Shown piece by piece: positions 7,528 to 16,592 of a stretch of 43,579 bases of DNA. Source of the stretch: Actinomycetales bacterium (GTDB taxonomy: Bacteria > Actinomycetota > Actinomycetes > Actinomycetales > CAVURS01); the NCBI GenBank assembly GCA_045807245.1, contig JBJMHS010000060.1:1-43579 (forward strand), in the 5' to 3' direction. The notes beneath the pieces are model-generated. The model did not search any database and had not been told where the DNA came from. It saw only the letters and a list, made by a program, of their open reading frames with translations. The first letter of the stretch is position 1. Each line of letters starts with the position of its first letter. The position numbers and the translations under genes are program-made.

Positions 7528-7836
7528 ATGACCATGCACGTGAACGGCTACAGCGACACCGCCCGGCAACTCATCGCAGACAGACTGCGCAGCCGAGGCG
7601 GCTGCATCAAATGGACCGGCCCGATGGGCCACAAAGATGGTGCCCCTGTCGTGTTCGATGAGACAGGAGCCATGCTGCCCGTGCTACCGCTCGTGTGGCT
7701 GCTGCATACCGGCCATCAGTGCAAAGGCCAGCCAGTCAGCCTGTGCGGTGGTCGCTGCGCTGACCCACGCCATCTCGTAGCGACCTCGGTCCCGGCAGCA
7801 TCTCAACCTCGGTCGGTTGTCGGTGGCCCATGCTAA
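7528..7836 (+). CDS. Second degenerate HNH-like small protein
   Basis: RBS GAGAGG; GCIKWTG..GAP..LVW..LCGGRCADPRHL. Confidence 0.55.
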   Translation: MTMHVNGYSDTARQLIADRLRSRGGCIKWTGPMGHKDGAPVVFDETGAMLPVLPLVWLLHTGHQCKGQPVSLCGGRCADPRHLVATSVPAASQPRSVVGGPC

Positions 7837-7905
7837 AAGTGTTGGTGGCGACTCATTGCGCGCAGACGGCCTGCGCCGGTGTTGCGTCGCCAGATTGGGG
7901 CTCAG

Positions 7906-8322
7906 ATGCCCTATCCGTACGACAGGCAGCCCAGCCGGAAGCCCAAGCGGCTCCCGGCTAAGAGGCCCGTGTCGGGCTCGCTGGCGTATGAACTGATTGA
8001 GTTGTTCCCATGGCTCTCTTGGGCGGACGCGCACTCGTACGCCTACAAGTGGACCGATGCCGTGATGCAGGAACGGCACGACATCATCGCGTGGATGCTG
8101 CAAGGCGGACTGAGCCTTGATGACCACTGGTTGGCGGCGAAGTTGGCCTCCGCAGGTGTGCGACCCAAGGAGGCCAGCCTCAGGCTTTGGTATGGCGGTA
8201 TCGTCTCTGCAACCAAGGCGCCGCTGTCACAGACGATCCTCCGCGTCGATCCGGAGGACATTCGTGGGTGGCTCACGAAGTACCGGCACTCGCAGAGCAG
8301 ACAAGCGGAGACAGGAACCTAG
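7906..8322 (+). CDS. Hypothetical protein
   Basis: 138-aa ORF with protein-like composition, co-oriented with neighbours. Confidence 0.55.
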   Translation: MPYPYDRQPSRKPKRLPAKRPVSGSLAYELIELFPWLSWADAHSYAYKWTDAVMQERHDIIAWMLQGGLSLDDHWLAAKLASAGVRPKEASLRLWYGGIVSATKAPLSQTILRVDPEDIRGWLTKYRHSQSRQAETGT

Positions 8323-8385
8323 CCGCAGCCGATGCTGCGCGAGGCGATCCGAGCCTGAGGCGAAACGGCGGCCTACAGTCGTCGG

Positions 8386-9231
8386 ATGGAACTGACGCGC
8401 TCGTACTTGAATGTCTTTCCCGAGGACGTGCTCTCTCGCTACTCGTGGATTGAAGTGCGCAACGCGGCAGCCATGATCCAGGCGTCCGACCCTCAGACGT
8501 TGGATGATTTGGTGAAGGTGTTGTCCAACTTCAACCTGACAGTGCCGTACCTGCTGGACAAGGGCGGCGGCAAGAGCAAGTTGGCGGCGGACATCGACAC
8601 CGCTTTCCGAGAACTTGGCTGGCGCGAGACACACATGAGCATCACGACAACGACGGTCCTCGCTCGCCAGCCATGGCGAAAGGCGAAGGAAAAGACGGTG
8701 GAGTCCCAGAGCATCACTGTCGAAGGCGACACGCACAAGGTGGACAACGTTCAGCGTCGGGTGGCGATTGACGTCGAGTGGCATGCGAAGGACGGCAACC
8801 TCGACAGAGACGTCTCGGCGTTCCGTGCACTCTTTGATGCTGGCGTCATCGACGTGGGCGTGATCATCACGCGGTCGTACGCCGACATCCATTACTTGGC
8901 GAACTGGCTGGCGCACGACCTTGGCCGAGTGAACTACAAGGCCACGACAGGGGCCGAAGTCGAGAGGTTCGGGACAACGACGAGCACCACGATGGAGAAA
9001 CTCGAACCACGCATGCGCCGGGGCGATGGTGGCGGCTGCCCAATCTTGGCTATCGGGCTGGGGCTTGCGACATACACGCCTGACGCGACGTATGTGGACC
9101 CGGATGGAGCCGAACGGACGGCGCCAGAGGTCCCAGCGATCCCCGAGTCGCTCGCTAGAGAGTTGACGAGTCAGGCGCTAGCCGAAACAGACGACGAGGA
9201 CGAAGACGAGATTCCGACGGACGAGGGCTAG
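8386..9231 (+). CDS. BglII/BstYI-family type II restriction endonuclease
   Basis: GGGKS..FRELGWRE, THKVDNV..VAIDVEWHAKD..DRD..FRALFD..IDVGVIITR, GGGCPILAIG; acidic C-terminal tail. Confidence 0.85.
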   Translation: MELTRSYLNVFPEDVLSRYSWIEVRNAAAMIQASDPQTLDDLVKVLSNFNLTVPYLLDKGGGKSKLAADIDTAFRELGWRETHMSITTTTVLARQPWRKAKEKTVESQSITVEGDTHKVDNVQRRVAIDVEWHAKDGNLDRDVSAFRALFDAGVIDVGVIITRSYADIHYLANWLAHDLGRVNYKATTGAEVERFGTTTSTTMEKLEPRMRRGDGGGCPILAIGLGLATYTPDATYVDPDGAERTAPEVPAIPESLARELTSQALAETDDEDEDEIPTDEG

Positions 9232-9926
9232 TCGGCATCCCAGGCATAGCCCTTGTGCCGTCTCCCGCGAGGCGCCACATCGGGATTCGCCTCATTCCCC
9301 CAGGTGGACCAACCCTGACGGGGATAGCGGGCGAACATCTCTAGGAACGGGCCGGGAGAGCAGGCCTCGATCAACTCGTACTGCTCATCTGGCTTCCGCG
9401 AGTGCTCCCGCTTACGTGTCTCGATCATGTTCACCTGAGAGCGCCCCGGTGGGAGGGTCCGAAGGCTCCCGCGAACCCCGAACAGGACCAGTTCGGTCAC
9501 GTTACGGAAGTAGAAGCCGACGCCCCTCCCATCTGGCCCCCCGTCCTTCCGACGCTTGGCCCACACGACGTTTGACACGTAGCGGAATCCCCATGCCTCC
9601 ATCACGCGAAGACCGTCAGGTAGGAGTGCGTTGGGAACCCAGAGGTACAAGTGGGCACTGTCCGCGAGCCGCTCAGAGAGCGGCAGCGCGCAGATGTCGT
9701 CAACGGTCATCGTGTCGTATCGGTCGAGGCGCCGGTGCTCAGGCGCGACCTTTCCCGTCCGGTTCGTGAACCTCCATGGCGGGTCGGCCAACACCGTCCG
9801 GAAGCCGCCCTCGACAGATGGCAACGGCGGAACGTCGATCACGGGCGCGACGTCCGCCCGGAGCGGCGGTACCCGCCTGACGCGCACGGCAGAGCGGCGG
9901 TCAACCTCAACCGGCTGCGCTGTCAC
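9228..9926 (-). CDS. MT-A70 family adenine methyltransferase
   Basis: VLADPPW catalytic motif, HLYLWVPN, AWGFRY, HSRKP, LEMFAR..W..WGNE; RBS GGGAG before GTG9926. Confidence 0.92.
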   Translation of the reverse strand: MTAQPVEVDRRSAVRVRRVPPLRADVAPVIDVPPLPSVEGGFRTVLADPPWRFTNRTGKVAPEHRRLDRYDTMTVDDICALPLSERLADSAHLYLWVPNALLPDGLRVMEAWGFRYVSNVVWAKRRKDGGPDGRGVGFYFRNVTELVLFGVRGSLRTLPPGRSQVNMIETRKREHSRKPDEQYELIEACSPGPFLEMFARYPRQGWSTWGNEANPDVAPRGRRHKGYAWDAD

Positions 9927-10020
9927 GGCCTGCTCCCTTCGCAATGTCCAACCTCCGACCACACCCTGTCAGACGGTCGCCGGATGGTTTCCGACCGACA
10001 CGTTTCGATGCGCACTCCGC

Positions 10021-10278
10021 TCACCACTCGTACGCCGCAACGTGTCCGACGTCGGTCGTTGGTTCGCATGGGTCGTCCCAGCCGACTTGGATCGGCATTC
10101 CGTCCGGCACTGTCTCAAGAGCCGCCCACAACGCGGTGCGTGTTACCAGACCGGCGGCCTCCACCACAGCGTGTTCGGCGCCCGGCAACGTGTGCAGGTG
10201 CACGGCTATCCCGTCCTGGTCGTAGGCCGCCACGTCGATGAATGGGTCGTCCGGCAGACTCTCGCTCCACTCGTCCAT
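10021..10278 (-). CDS. Small acidic hypothetical protein (85 aa) next to right junction
   Basis: Strong RBS AGGAGG just upstream of ATG; D/E-rich. Confidence 0.6.
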   Translation of the reverse strand: MDEWSESLPDDPFIDVAAYDQDGIAVHLHTLPGAEHAVVEAAGLVTRTALWAALETVPDGMPIQVGWDDPCEPTTDVGHVAAYEW

Positions 10279-10295
10279 CTGCGCCTCCTAGGCGT

Positions 10296-10333
10296 CATTA
10301 GCCATCCCTCGATGAGGCGCCGGAATGGAGCCG
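10296..10333. other. Right junction (attR, P-GA-B') of serine-integrase element
   Basis: CATTAGCCATCCCTCGAT-GA-GGCGCCGGAATGGAGCCG; comM frame resumes at GAG 10314. Confidence 0.85.
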
Positions 10334-10928
10334 GACCACGCTCGACGCTCTCCGGCAGCCCATCGAGACGGGCTTCCTCACCATCCACCGGACCAGAGCC
10401 GTCGCGCGTTACCCGGCGAGCTTCCAGCTCGTGCTGGCGGCCAACCCGTGTCCGTGCGGCCGCGCGGTCGGCAACGGCAAGGACTGCTCCTGTACGCCGA
10501 TGGCCCGGCGCCGCTACCTCCGGCGCCTGTCCGGGCCGCTGCTGGACCGGGTGGACCTCCAGATCGCCGTCCGTCCGGTCAGTCGCGCGGCGATTCGCCG
10601 GGTCGGCCTGGGGGAGTCCTCGGAGCGGGTCGCGGCCCGGGTCGCCGCGGCGCGCGCAGCGCAGCGGGCGCGGCTGGCCACGACACCGTGGCGGTCGAAC
10701 GCGCAGGTGCCGGGACCGGAGCTGACGACCGGCGTGATGGCGCTGCCAGGCAGCGTGACCCAGGACCTGGACCGAGCCATGGAGCGGGGGTCGCTGACCG
10801 TCCGCGGCTTCCACCGCGTGCTGCGAGTGGCCTGGACCGTTGGCGACCTCGCCGGGCTTTCGGCGCCCGGCCGGGACGAGGTCTGCCTGGCGGTCGAGCT
10901 GCGCCATCATGCGCCGGTGGCGGCGTGA
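10314..10928 (+). pseudogene. comM: ComM/YifB, 3' part
   Basis: EAPE..LRQPIETG..YPASFQLVLAANPCPCG..RLSGPLLDRVDL..RVLRVAWTVGDL. Confidence 0.95.
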
Positions 10929-12115
10929 GCTCGGCCGGCAGCCCCGCCGTGCGCGAGGCTCTGCGCCTGCTGGTGGACGACGACCGGCTGGCCCGGGCTG
11001 CGTGGTCGCGTCTGGCTGAGCCGGGCGACGCAGCGGCCACCGCGCTGGTTGCCGAGTTCGGGCCGGGCCCGGCGCTCGAGGTGCTTTCGGTCAGCAGCAA
11101 GCGCGAGCATCAGGGCTATCGCGGCCGGTTGGTAGCGGTGGACCCACGCCCGGAGCTCGACATTCTGCACCGCGTCGGCGGACGCCTGGTGTGCCCCGGC
11201 GACGAGGAGTGGCCCGCCGGGTTGGACGTGCTCGGCGCGCCGCCGTTCTGTCTGCGGTTGCGCGGGGTGCTCGACCTGGCCGCGGCGTGCCGGCGGTCGC
11301 TGTCGATCGTCGGCTCGCGTGCGTGCACGAACTATGGCATCGATGTCGCAACCGAGCTGTCCGACGGCGTCGCCAGCCGCGGGTTCACCGTGGTGTCGGG
11401 CGCGGCCTTCGGCATCGACGGGGCTGCCCACCGGGCCGCGCTGCGCGCCGACGGTTGGACCGTCGCCGTGCTGGCTGGGGGTGTCGACCGGGCCTATCCC
11501 CGCGCGCACGAGGGCCTGCTGGCCGAGATCCGCGAGCGTGGCGTCGTCATGAGCGAGGTGCCGTTGGGGTCGGCGCCGACCAAGTTCCGGTTCATCGAAC
11601 GGAACCGGATGATCGCCACGATGACGCTGGGCACCGTCGTGGTCGAGGCCGCCCTGCGCAGCGGTGCCCTGAGCACCGCCCGGTCAGCGGCCGACCACGG
11701 CCGCCCGGTCGGCGTGGTCCCTGGACCGGTCAGCTCCCCCGTGTCGGCGGGCTGCCATCAGGCGCTGCGCGACGGGTACGCGACGGCGGTGACGGACGCC
11801 GCCGAGGTCGCCGAGCTGGTCGGGCGGATCGGTGTCGACGCGGCGCCGCGGCCGGCGGGACCGGTCGACCCGGCCTGGGACGGTCTGGACGAGACGGGCC
11901 GGCGCGTGCTCGACGCCCTGCCCAAGTCGACCGGCAGCACGGTCGACAAGCTGGCCTTGGTCGCGGGCCTCACCGCCGATGCCACCCGGTCCGCTCTTGG
12001 CCGGCTGGCCCTCCTGGGTCTGACCGAGCGCCACGGCGCGGGCTGGCGGCTGATGCCTCGTGCGCGGCGAGGCGGCTTGCCGCGCGGGGAGGGCTGGGTC
12101 AGCGTGGACGGGTGA
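10925..12115 (+). CDS. dprA: DNA-processing protein DprA
   Basis: SIVGSRACTNYG, VVSGAAFGIDGAAH, RFIERNRMIA, VVEAALRSGALST; GTGA overlap with comM. Confidence 0.95.
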   Translation: MSSAGSPAVREALRLLVDDDRLARAAWSRLAEPGDAAATALVAEFGPGPALEVLSVSSKREHQGYRGRLVAVDPRPELDILHRVGGRLVCPGDEEWPAGLDVLGAPPFCLRLRGVLDLAAACRRSLSIVGSRACTNYGIDVATELSDGVASRGFTVVSGAAFGIDGAAHRAALRADGWTVAVLAGGVDRAYPRAHEGLLAEIRERGVVMSEVPLGSAPTKFRFIERNRMIATMTLGTVVVEAALRSGALSTARSAADHGRPVGVVPGPVSSPVSAGCHQALRDGYATAVTDAAEVAELVGRIGVDAAPRPAGPVDPAWDGLDETGRRVLDALPKSTGSTVDKLALVAGLTADATRSALGRLALLGLTERHGAGWRLMPRARRGGLPRGEGWVSVDG

Positions 12116-13116
12116 GCACCCAGGGCCGGGTGGCCCGGAGCGACTCCGGCGACGGAGCCGTCGTCCGGACCGTCGACGAGGCGGTCGGCCGGACCGTCGA
12201 CGAGGCCGTCGTCGCGTTCGAACGACACCTCGCTCTGGAGCGTTCTCGGTCGGTGCACACCCAACGGGCGTACATGGGCGATGTGCGCGACCTCGTGGGC
12301 TACGCCCGGCGGCACGGACTGACGGAGCTGGCGGCGATCGACCTGGCGCTGCTCCGCTCGTGGCTGGCTGCGCTCACCGCCGCTGGGCGGGCCCGGGCGA
12401 CGGTCGCCCGGCGGGCGGCGGCGGCCCGGACCTTCCTGGCCTGGGCCGTCCGCACCGGCCGGATCCCGACCGACCCGTCCCTGCGGCTGCTCGCGCCCCG
12501 GCGCCACGCGACGCTGCCCACCGTGCTCAAGGCCGACGAGGCGGCCGAGCTGCTCCAGGCCGCTGACCAGGCGGTCTCGGCGTCAGCCGAGCAGGCCGGA
12601 CCGGCTCACCCGATCGGCCTAAGAGATCGCGCAGCGTTGGAGCTCCTCTACGCAACCGGTGCCCGGGTGGGCGAGCTGGTCGGTCTGGACGTCGACGACG
12701 TCGACCTCCAGCGTCGTACCGTGCGTCTGCTCGGCAAGGGCGGCAAGGAGCGGATCGTGCCGTTCGGGGTGCCCGCCTCGGACGCGGTTCAGGCATGGCT
12801 GAGCACGGGACGGCCCGTTTTGGCCCGATCCGGCAGTGGGTCAGCGCTGCTTCTCGGCCAGCGGGGGCGGCGGGCCGACCAGCGCCAGATCCGGACCGCC
12901 GTGCACCGCTTCGCCAGCGCCCTGTCCGAACCCCGGGACCTCGGCCCGCACGGGCTGCGGCACTCGGCGGCGACCCACCTCCTGGAGGGCGGAGCTGACC
13001 TGAGGACCGTTCAGGAACTGCTCGGTCACGCTACGCTCGCCACAACACAGATCTACACCCACGTATCCGTTGAAAGGCTCAAGGTCACGTATGAGCAGGC
13101 GCACCCACGAGCCTGA
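12112..13116 (+). CDS. xerC: Tyrosine recombinase XerC (chromosomal)
   Basis: [57 protein letters not shown]; usual position after dprA. Confidence 0.9.
   Translation: MSTQGRVARSDSGDGAVVRTVDEAVGRTVDEAVVAFERHLALERSRSVHTQRAYMGDVRDLVGYARRHGLTELAAIDLALLRSWLAALTAAGRARATVARRAAAARTFLAWAVRTGRIPTDPSLRLLAPRRHATLPTVLKADEAAELLQAADQAVSASAEQAGPAHPIGLRDRAALELLYATGARVGELVGLDVDDVDLQRRTVRLLGKGGKERIVPFGVPASDAVQAWLSTGRPVLARSGSGSALLLGQRGRRADQRQIRTAVHRFASALSEPRDLGPHGLRHSAATHLLEGGADLRTVQELLGHATLATTQIYTHVSVERLKVTYEQAHPRA
12157..12213. repeat. 24-bp in-frame tandem repeat (about 2.4 copies) in xerC 5' region
   Basis: CCGGACCGTCGACGAGGC at 12165 and 12189; encodes [16 protein letters not shown]. Confidence 0.7.
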
Positions 13117-13951
13117 GCTCTCCGTGTCCAGCAAGGTGGCCGCCAGGCCCACGCGACGTGTCAAGCCGACCGACGACGAAGCGGCCGCGGCCGACGCCGC
13201 GATCCGGGCGATGTGGCAGACGTACAAGAGCGGCGGCGACGCCGCGGTGCGCGAGCGGCTCATCCTGCACTACACGCCGTTGGTCAAGTACGTCGCCGGC
13301 CGGGTCGGTGTCGGCCTCCCGCAGAACATCGAGCAGGCCGACCTGGTCTCCTACGGCATCTTCGGGCTGATCGACGCGATCGAGAAGTTCGACCTCGAAC
13401 GGGCCATCAAGTTCGAGACCTACGCCATCAGCCGCATCCGGGGCGCCATCATCGACGAGCTGCGGGCCCTCGACTGGATCCCGCGCTCGGTGCGGTCGAA
13501 GGCTCGCGAGGTCGAGCGGGCCTACGCCACGCTCGAGGGGGAGTTGCACCGCACCCCGAGTGAGGCCGAGGTCGCCGACCATCTCGGGATCGCGCTGGGG
13601 GACCTGCACCACATCTTCAGCCAGGTGTCCTACGTCAACGTGGTGGCCCTCGACGAGATGCTCTCGGTCGGCGGGGAGAAGGGCGACAAGCTCACCCTCG
13701 GCGACACGCTCGAGGACCACCGCGCCGAGGACCCGGTCCTCGCGTTCGAGGGCGAAGAGACCAAGTTCCTGCTCGCCGGCGCCATCAACCAGCTGCCCGA
13801 GCGGGAGAAGATCGTCGTCACGCTGTACTACTACGAAGGCCTGACCCTCGCCGAGATCGGCAAGGTGCTCGGCGTGACAGAGTCCCGCATCTGCCAGATG
13901 CACACCAAGGCTGTGCTGCAGCTGCGGGCCAAGCTCACCGACCAGGACTGA
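13091..13951 (+). CDS. whiG: RNA polymerase sigma factor WhiG/FliA family (start uncertain)
   Basis: [72 protein letters not shown]. Confidence 0.92.
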   Translation: MSRRTHEPELSVSSKVAARPTRRVKPTDDEAAAADAAIRAMWQTYKSGGDAAVRERLILHYTPLVKYVAGRVGVGLPQNIEQADLVSYGIFGLIDAIEKFDLERAIKFETYAISRIRGAIIDELRALDWIPRSVRSKAREVERAYATLEGELHRTPSEAEVADHLGIALGDLHHIFSQVSYVNVVALDEMLSVGGEKGDKLTLGDTLEDHRAEDPVLAFEGEETKFLLAGAINQLPEREKIVVTLYYYEGLTLAEIGKVLGVTESRICQMHTKAVLQLRAKLTDQD

Positions 13952-15270
13952 AGACCAAGGCTCACCAGGACGGCGTACCCGTCTTCTCGTGCGTCGGCCG
14001 CTTCACCTTCGCCTTGTCGAACACGATGATGCTGTCGTAGACGTGCATCCCTCGGATCGACTTGGAGTACTCGTCGACCGCGAGCAGGTCCTTGTCCCGC
14101 GAGTGCCACGCATTCATCTGGTCGACCAGGTTCTTGGCGTACTCGATGAACGTGCCCGGCCGGCGCACCCCGCCGCCGTAGTTGTCCCAGTAGCTCGTGT
14201 GCAGGTCCTCGATCAGGAACACCCCGCCGTTGCGCACGCCCGGCCAGATCTCCTCGAAGGTGTTGATCTGCTGGGTCATGGTGTGGCCACCGTCCTCGAT
14301 CACCACGTCGATCGGGCCGATCTGGTCCCGTAGCGAGCGCAGGAACGAGCGGTCCTCCTGGTCTCCGATGACGACCTCGACCTGGGCCTCGGTGAGCTCC
14401 TTGCACCGAGGGTCGATGTCCACGCCGATGATGCGCGCCTTGCGGCCGAAGTACTTCTTCCACATCTGCAGCGAGCCACCGTGCGAGACGCCGAACTCCA
14501 GGACCGTCACGTCCCGCTTCCGGAAGGGCGAGAAGTGCCGGTCGTAGATGTCGAAGTAGTGCATCCACTTGTGGATCAGGCGACCCTCGTTGTCGCGGAA
14601 GTAGGTCTCGAGCGGGTTGGCCTTGCTTCGCATCATCACTCCGCGTCCAGGTCGGCTCTCGGCGGCCCGACTCTACCCGCGAGCCCCATACCGGCGGCCA
14701 TGACAACTGCCCGATGCCGGCCAGCGGGAGCAGCACGGGCGGGTCCGCGGCGCCCGGAATCAGGGTCAGCGGGTCGAGGTACGTCGCGTCCGGCCCTGAC
14801 CCACGCACCAGGCCCCAGTGCAGGCAGGTGGCGGGGGCGCAGTGTCCGGGCGTCGCGTCGACCCGGCCTATCGGCGTACCGGTCACGACGTGCGTCCCGG
14901 CCGGCACCCGCGACCCCAGCGGCTCGTACGTCGTCCGAAGGCCGCCCGGATGCGCCACGGCCACCACTCCGCGGCCCGCGATCACTCCGGAGAAGGTGAC
15001 GACGCCCGCTCCGGCGGCCAGCACGGGCTGGCCGATACTCGCCGCCAGGTCGACCCCGCGGTGGCCGGCGCCCCAGGGCGTGGGGGACGGCTCGAAGCGC
15101 CGAGCCACCGCGGGTGCAGGCTCCAGTGGCCAGCCCCATGGCCGCGCTGACACGGGTGCGAACCCGTCGTCGCGGGCCGCGGGGACGGCTGCGCCTGCGA
15201 CAGCGCCCACCGACGCCACCAGTACCGCGGTGAGCACCCCGAGCCGCAACCGCATCCGCCACCGAGCCAT
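13831..15270 (-). CDS. M23 family peptidase (conserved part about 14720-15270; frame stays open to 13831)
   Basis: Signal peptide, WPL, GHRGVDL, RTTYEP, CLHWGL, YLDPL, PVLLPL. Confidence 0.75.
   Translation of the reverse strand: MARWRMRLRLGVLTAVLVASVGAVAGAAVPAARDDGFAPVSARPWGWPLEPAPAVARRFEPSPTPWGAGHRGVDLAASIGQPVLAAGAGVVTFSGVIAGRGVVAVAHPGGLRTTYEPLGSRVPAGTHVVTGTPIGRVDATPGHCAPATCLHWGLVRGSGPDATYLDPLTLIPGAADPPVLLPLAGIGQLSWPPVWGSRVESGRREPTWTRSDDAKQGQPARDLLPRQRGSPDPQVDALLRHLRPALLALPEAGRDGPGVRRLARWLAADVEEVLRPQGAHHRRGHRPSVQGAHRGPGRGRHRRPGGPLVPALATGPDRPDRRGDRGRWPHHDPADQHLRGDLAGRAQRRGVPDRGPAHELLGQLRRRGAPAGHVHRVRQEPGRPDECVALAGQGPARGRRVLQVDPRDARLRQHHRVRQGEGEAADAREDGYAVLVSLGLQSWSVSLARSCSTALVCIWQMRDSVTPSTLPISARVRPS
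13962..14633 (-). CDS. Class I SAM-dependent methyltransferase (sugar O-methyltransferase-like)
   Basis: [50 protein letters not shown]. Confidence 0.85.
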   Translation of the reverse strand: MRSKANPLETYFRDNEGRLIHKWMHYFDIYDRHFSPFRKRDVTVLEFGVSHGGSLQMWKKYFGRKARIIGVDIDPRCKELTEAQVEVVIGDQEDRSFLRSLRDQIGPIDVVIEDGGHTMTQQINTFEEIWPGVRNGGVFLIEDLHTSYWDNYGGGVRRPGTFIEYAKNLVDQMNAWHSRDKDLLAVDEYSKSIRGMHVYDSIIVFDKAKVKRPTHEKTGTPSW

Positions 15271-15378
15271 GACGGAACCCTGGCGGGCGGCGCGGACCGG
15301 CCGGGCCGGCGAGCGGCCCGGGTGTGGACGACGGGACGAGCGGGCCGGCCTGTGGACGAGGGGCGGTCCGCCGGCCGG

Positions 15379-16572
15379 CTAGGCCGGACCGCCGGCCCGC
15401 GAGCCCAGGCGGCTCAGCCGGTCCACCGCGTCGTGCAGCACGTGCTCCTGCTTGCAGAACGCGAACCGCACAAGGGGTCGGGCCGCGTCCTTGTCGTCGC
15501 AGAAGACGCTGACCGGCACGGCCACGACGCCCGCCAGGCCCGGCAGCGCACGGCACAGGTCCAGGCCGTCGTCGAAGCCGAGCGGTCGCGGGTCGGCCAC
15601 CACGAAGTAGGTCCCGGCCGGTCGCGAGACGGCGAATCCCGCCCGCTCCAGCCCTCCGGCCAGCAGGTCGCGCCGCTGCTGCAGCGACCCGGCCAGGTCG
15701 GCATAGACCTCGTCGCCCAGACCGAGACCGAGCGCCACGGCGGGCTGGAACGGACCGGACGCGACGAAGGTCAGGAACTGCTTGACGCCGCGCACGGCCG
15801 AGACGAGCGCCGCCGGTCCGGTCACCCAGCCCACCTTCCAGCCCGTGACGGAGAACGTCTTGCCGGCCGAGGAGATGGTCAAGGTCCGGTCGGCCATCCC
15901 GGGCAGGGTCGCGGCCGGGATGTGCTCGCGCCCGTCGAACACCAGGTGCTCGTAGACCTCGTCCGTCACGACCAGAGCGCCGTACTCCTGGGCCAGCGCC
16001 GCCACCAGCTCCAGCTCGGCCCGGTCGAAGACCTTGCCCGTCGGGTTGTGCGGAGAGTTGAGCAGCACCAGCCGGGTCCGCGACGAGAACGCCGCGCGCA
16101 GTGCCGCCTCGTCCACGGCGAACCCGGGCCAGCGCAGCGGTACGGTCCGGCGTACCGCTCCGGCCAAGGCGATGCTCGCGGCGTACGAGTCGTAGTACGG
16201 CTCGAACGTGACCACCTCGTCGCCGGGCTCGCACAGCGCGAGGATCGCGGCCGCAACGGCCTCGGTCGCGCCGGCGGTCACCAGCACCTCGGTGTCGGGG
16301 TCGAGGTCGACTCCGTAGAACCGCTTCTGGTGCTCGGCCACCGCGGCCCGCAGCTCGGGGCGTCCCGGACCGGGCGGGTACTGGTTCTCGCCGGACGCGA
16401 TCGCCTTCTGGGCCGCCTCGAGGATCGCGGCCGGGCCGTCCGTGTCCGGGAACCCCTGGCCCAGGTTGATCGAGCCGGTCGCGACGGCGAGGGCGCTCAT
16501 CTCGGCGAAGATCGTCGTGCCGAACTCGCGCATTCGCTCGACGAGTGGGGGCGTGCGGGGCGCGGTCGCCAT
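15379..16572 (-). CDS. PLP-dependent aminotransferase class I/II (N-succinyldiaminopimelate aminotransferase-like)
   Basis: TIFAEMSALA..INLGQGFPDTDGP, NSPHNPTGKV, TDEVYEHL, SSAGKTFSVTGWKVGW. Confidence 0.9.
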   Translation of the reverse strand: MATAPRTPPLVERMREFGTTIFAEMSALAVATGSINLGQGFPDTDGPAAILEAAQKAIASGENQYPPGPGRPELRAAVAEHQKRFYGVDLDPDTEVLVTAGATEAVAAAILALCEPGDEVVTFEPYYDSYAASIALAGAVRRTVPLRWPGFAVDEAALRAAFSSRTRLVLLNSPHNPTGKVFDRAELELVAALAQEYGALVVTDEVYEHLVFDGREHIPAATLPGMADRTLTISSAGKTFSVTGWKVGWVTGPAALVSAVRGVKQFLTFVASGPFQPAVALGLGLGDEVYADLAGSLQQRRDLLAGGLERAGFAVSRPAGTYFVVADPRPLGFDDGLDLCRALPGLAGVVAVPVSVFCDDKDAARPLVRFAFCKQEHVLHDAVDRLSRLGSRAGGPA

Positions 16573-16592
16573 GAGCGGGAGACTACGACCTG

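Larger units (their letters stand above)
613..10315. mobile_element. ~9.7-kb serine-integrase element (phage satellite-like) inserted in comM
   Basis: ComM homology stops at LFLD (612) and resumes as EAPEWSRTTLDALRQPIETG at 10314. Junction cores are CCTCGACGA (606-614) and CCTCGATGA (10307-10315). Contains integrase, capsid and RM-like genes; more A/T-ending codons and CTAG sites than the flanks. Confidence 0.95.

Noticed and set aside
9228..9926. MT-A70 as an RNA m6A writer for the structured RNA
   Set aside because: Tight pairing with a restriction endonuclease makes a DNA RM role more parsimonious.
12112..13116. xerC as the element's integrase or a second island
   Set aside because: Outside the att junctions and in the usual chromosomal comM-dprA-xerC context.
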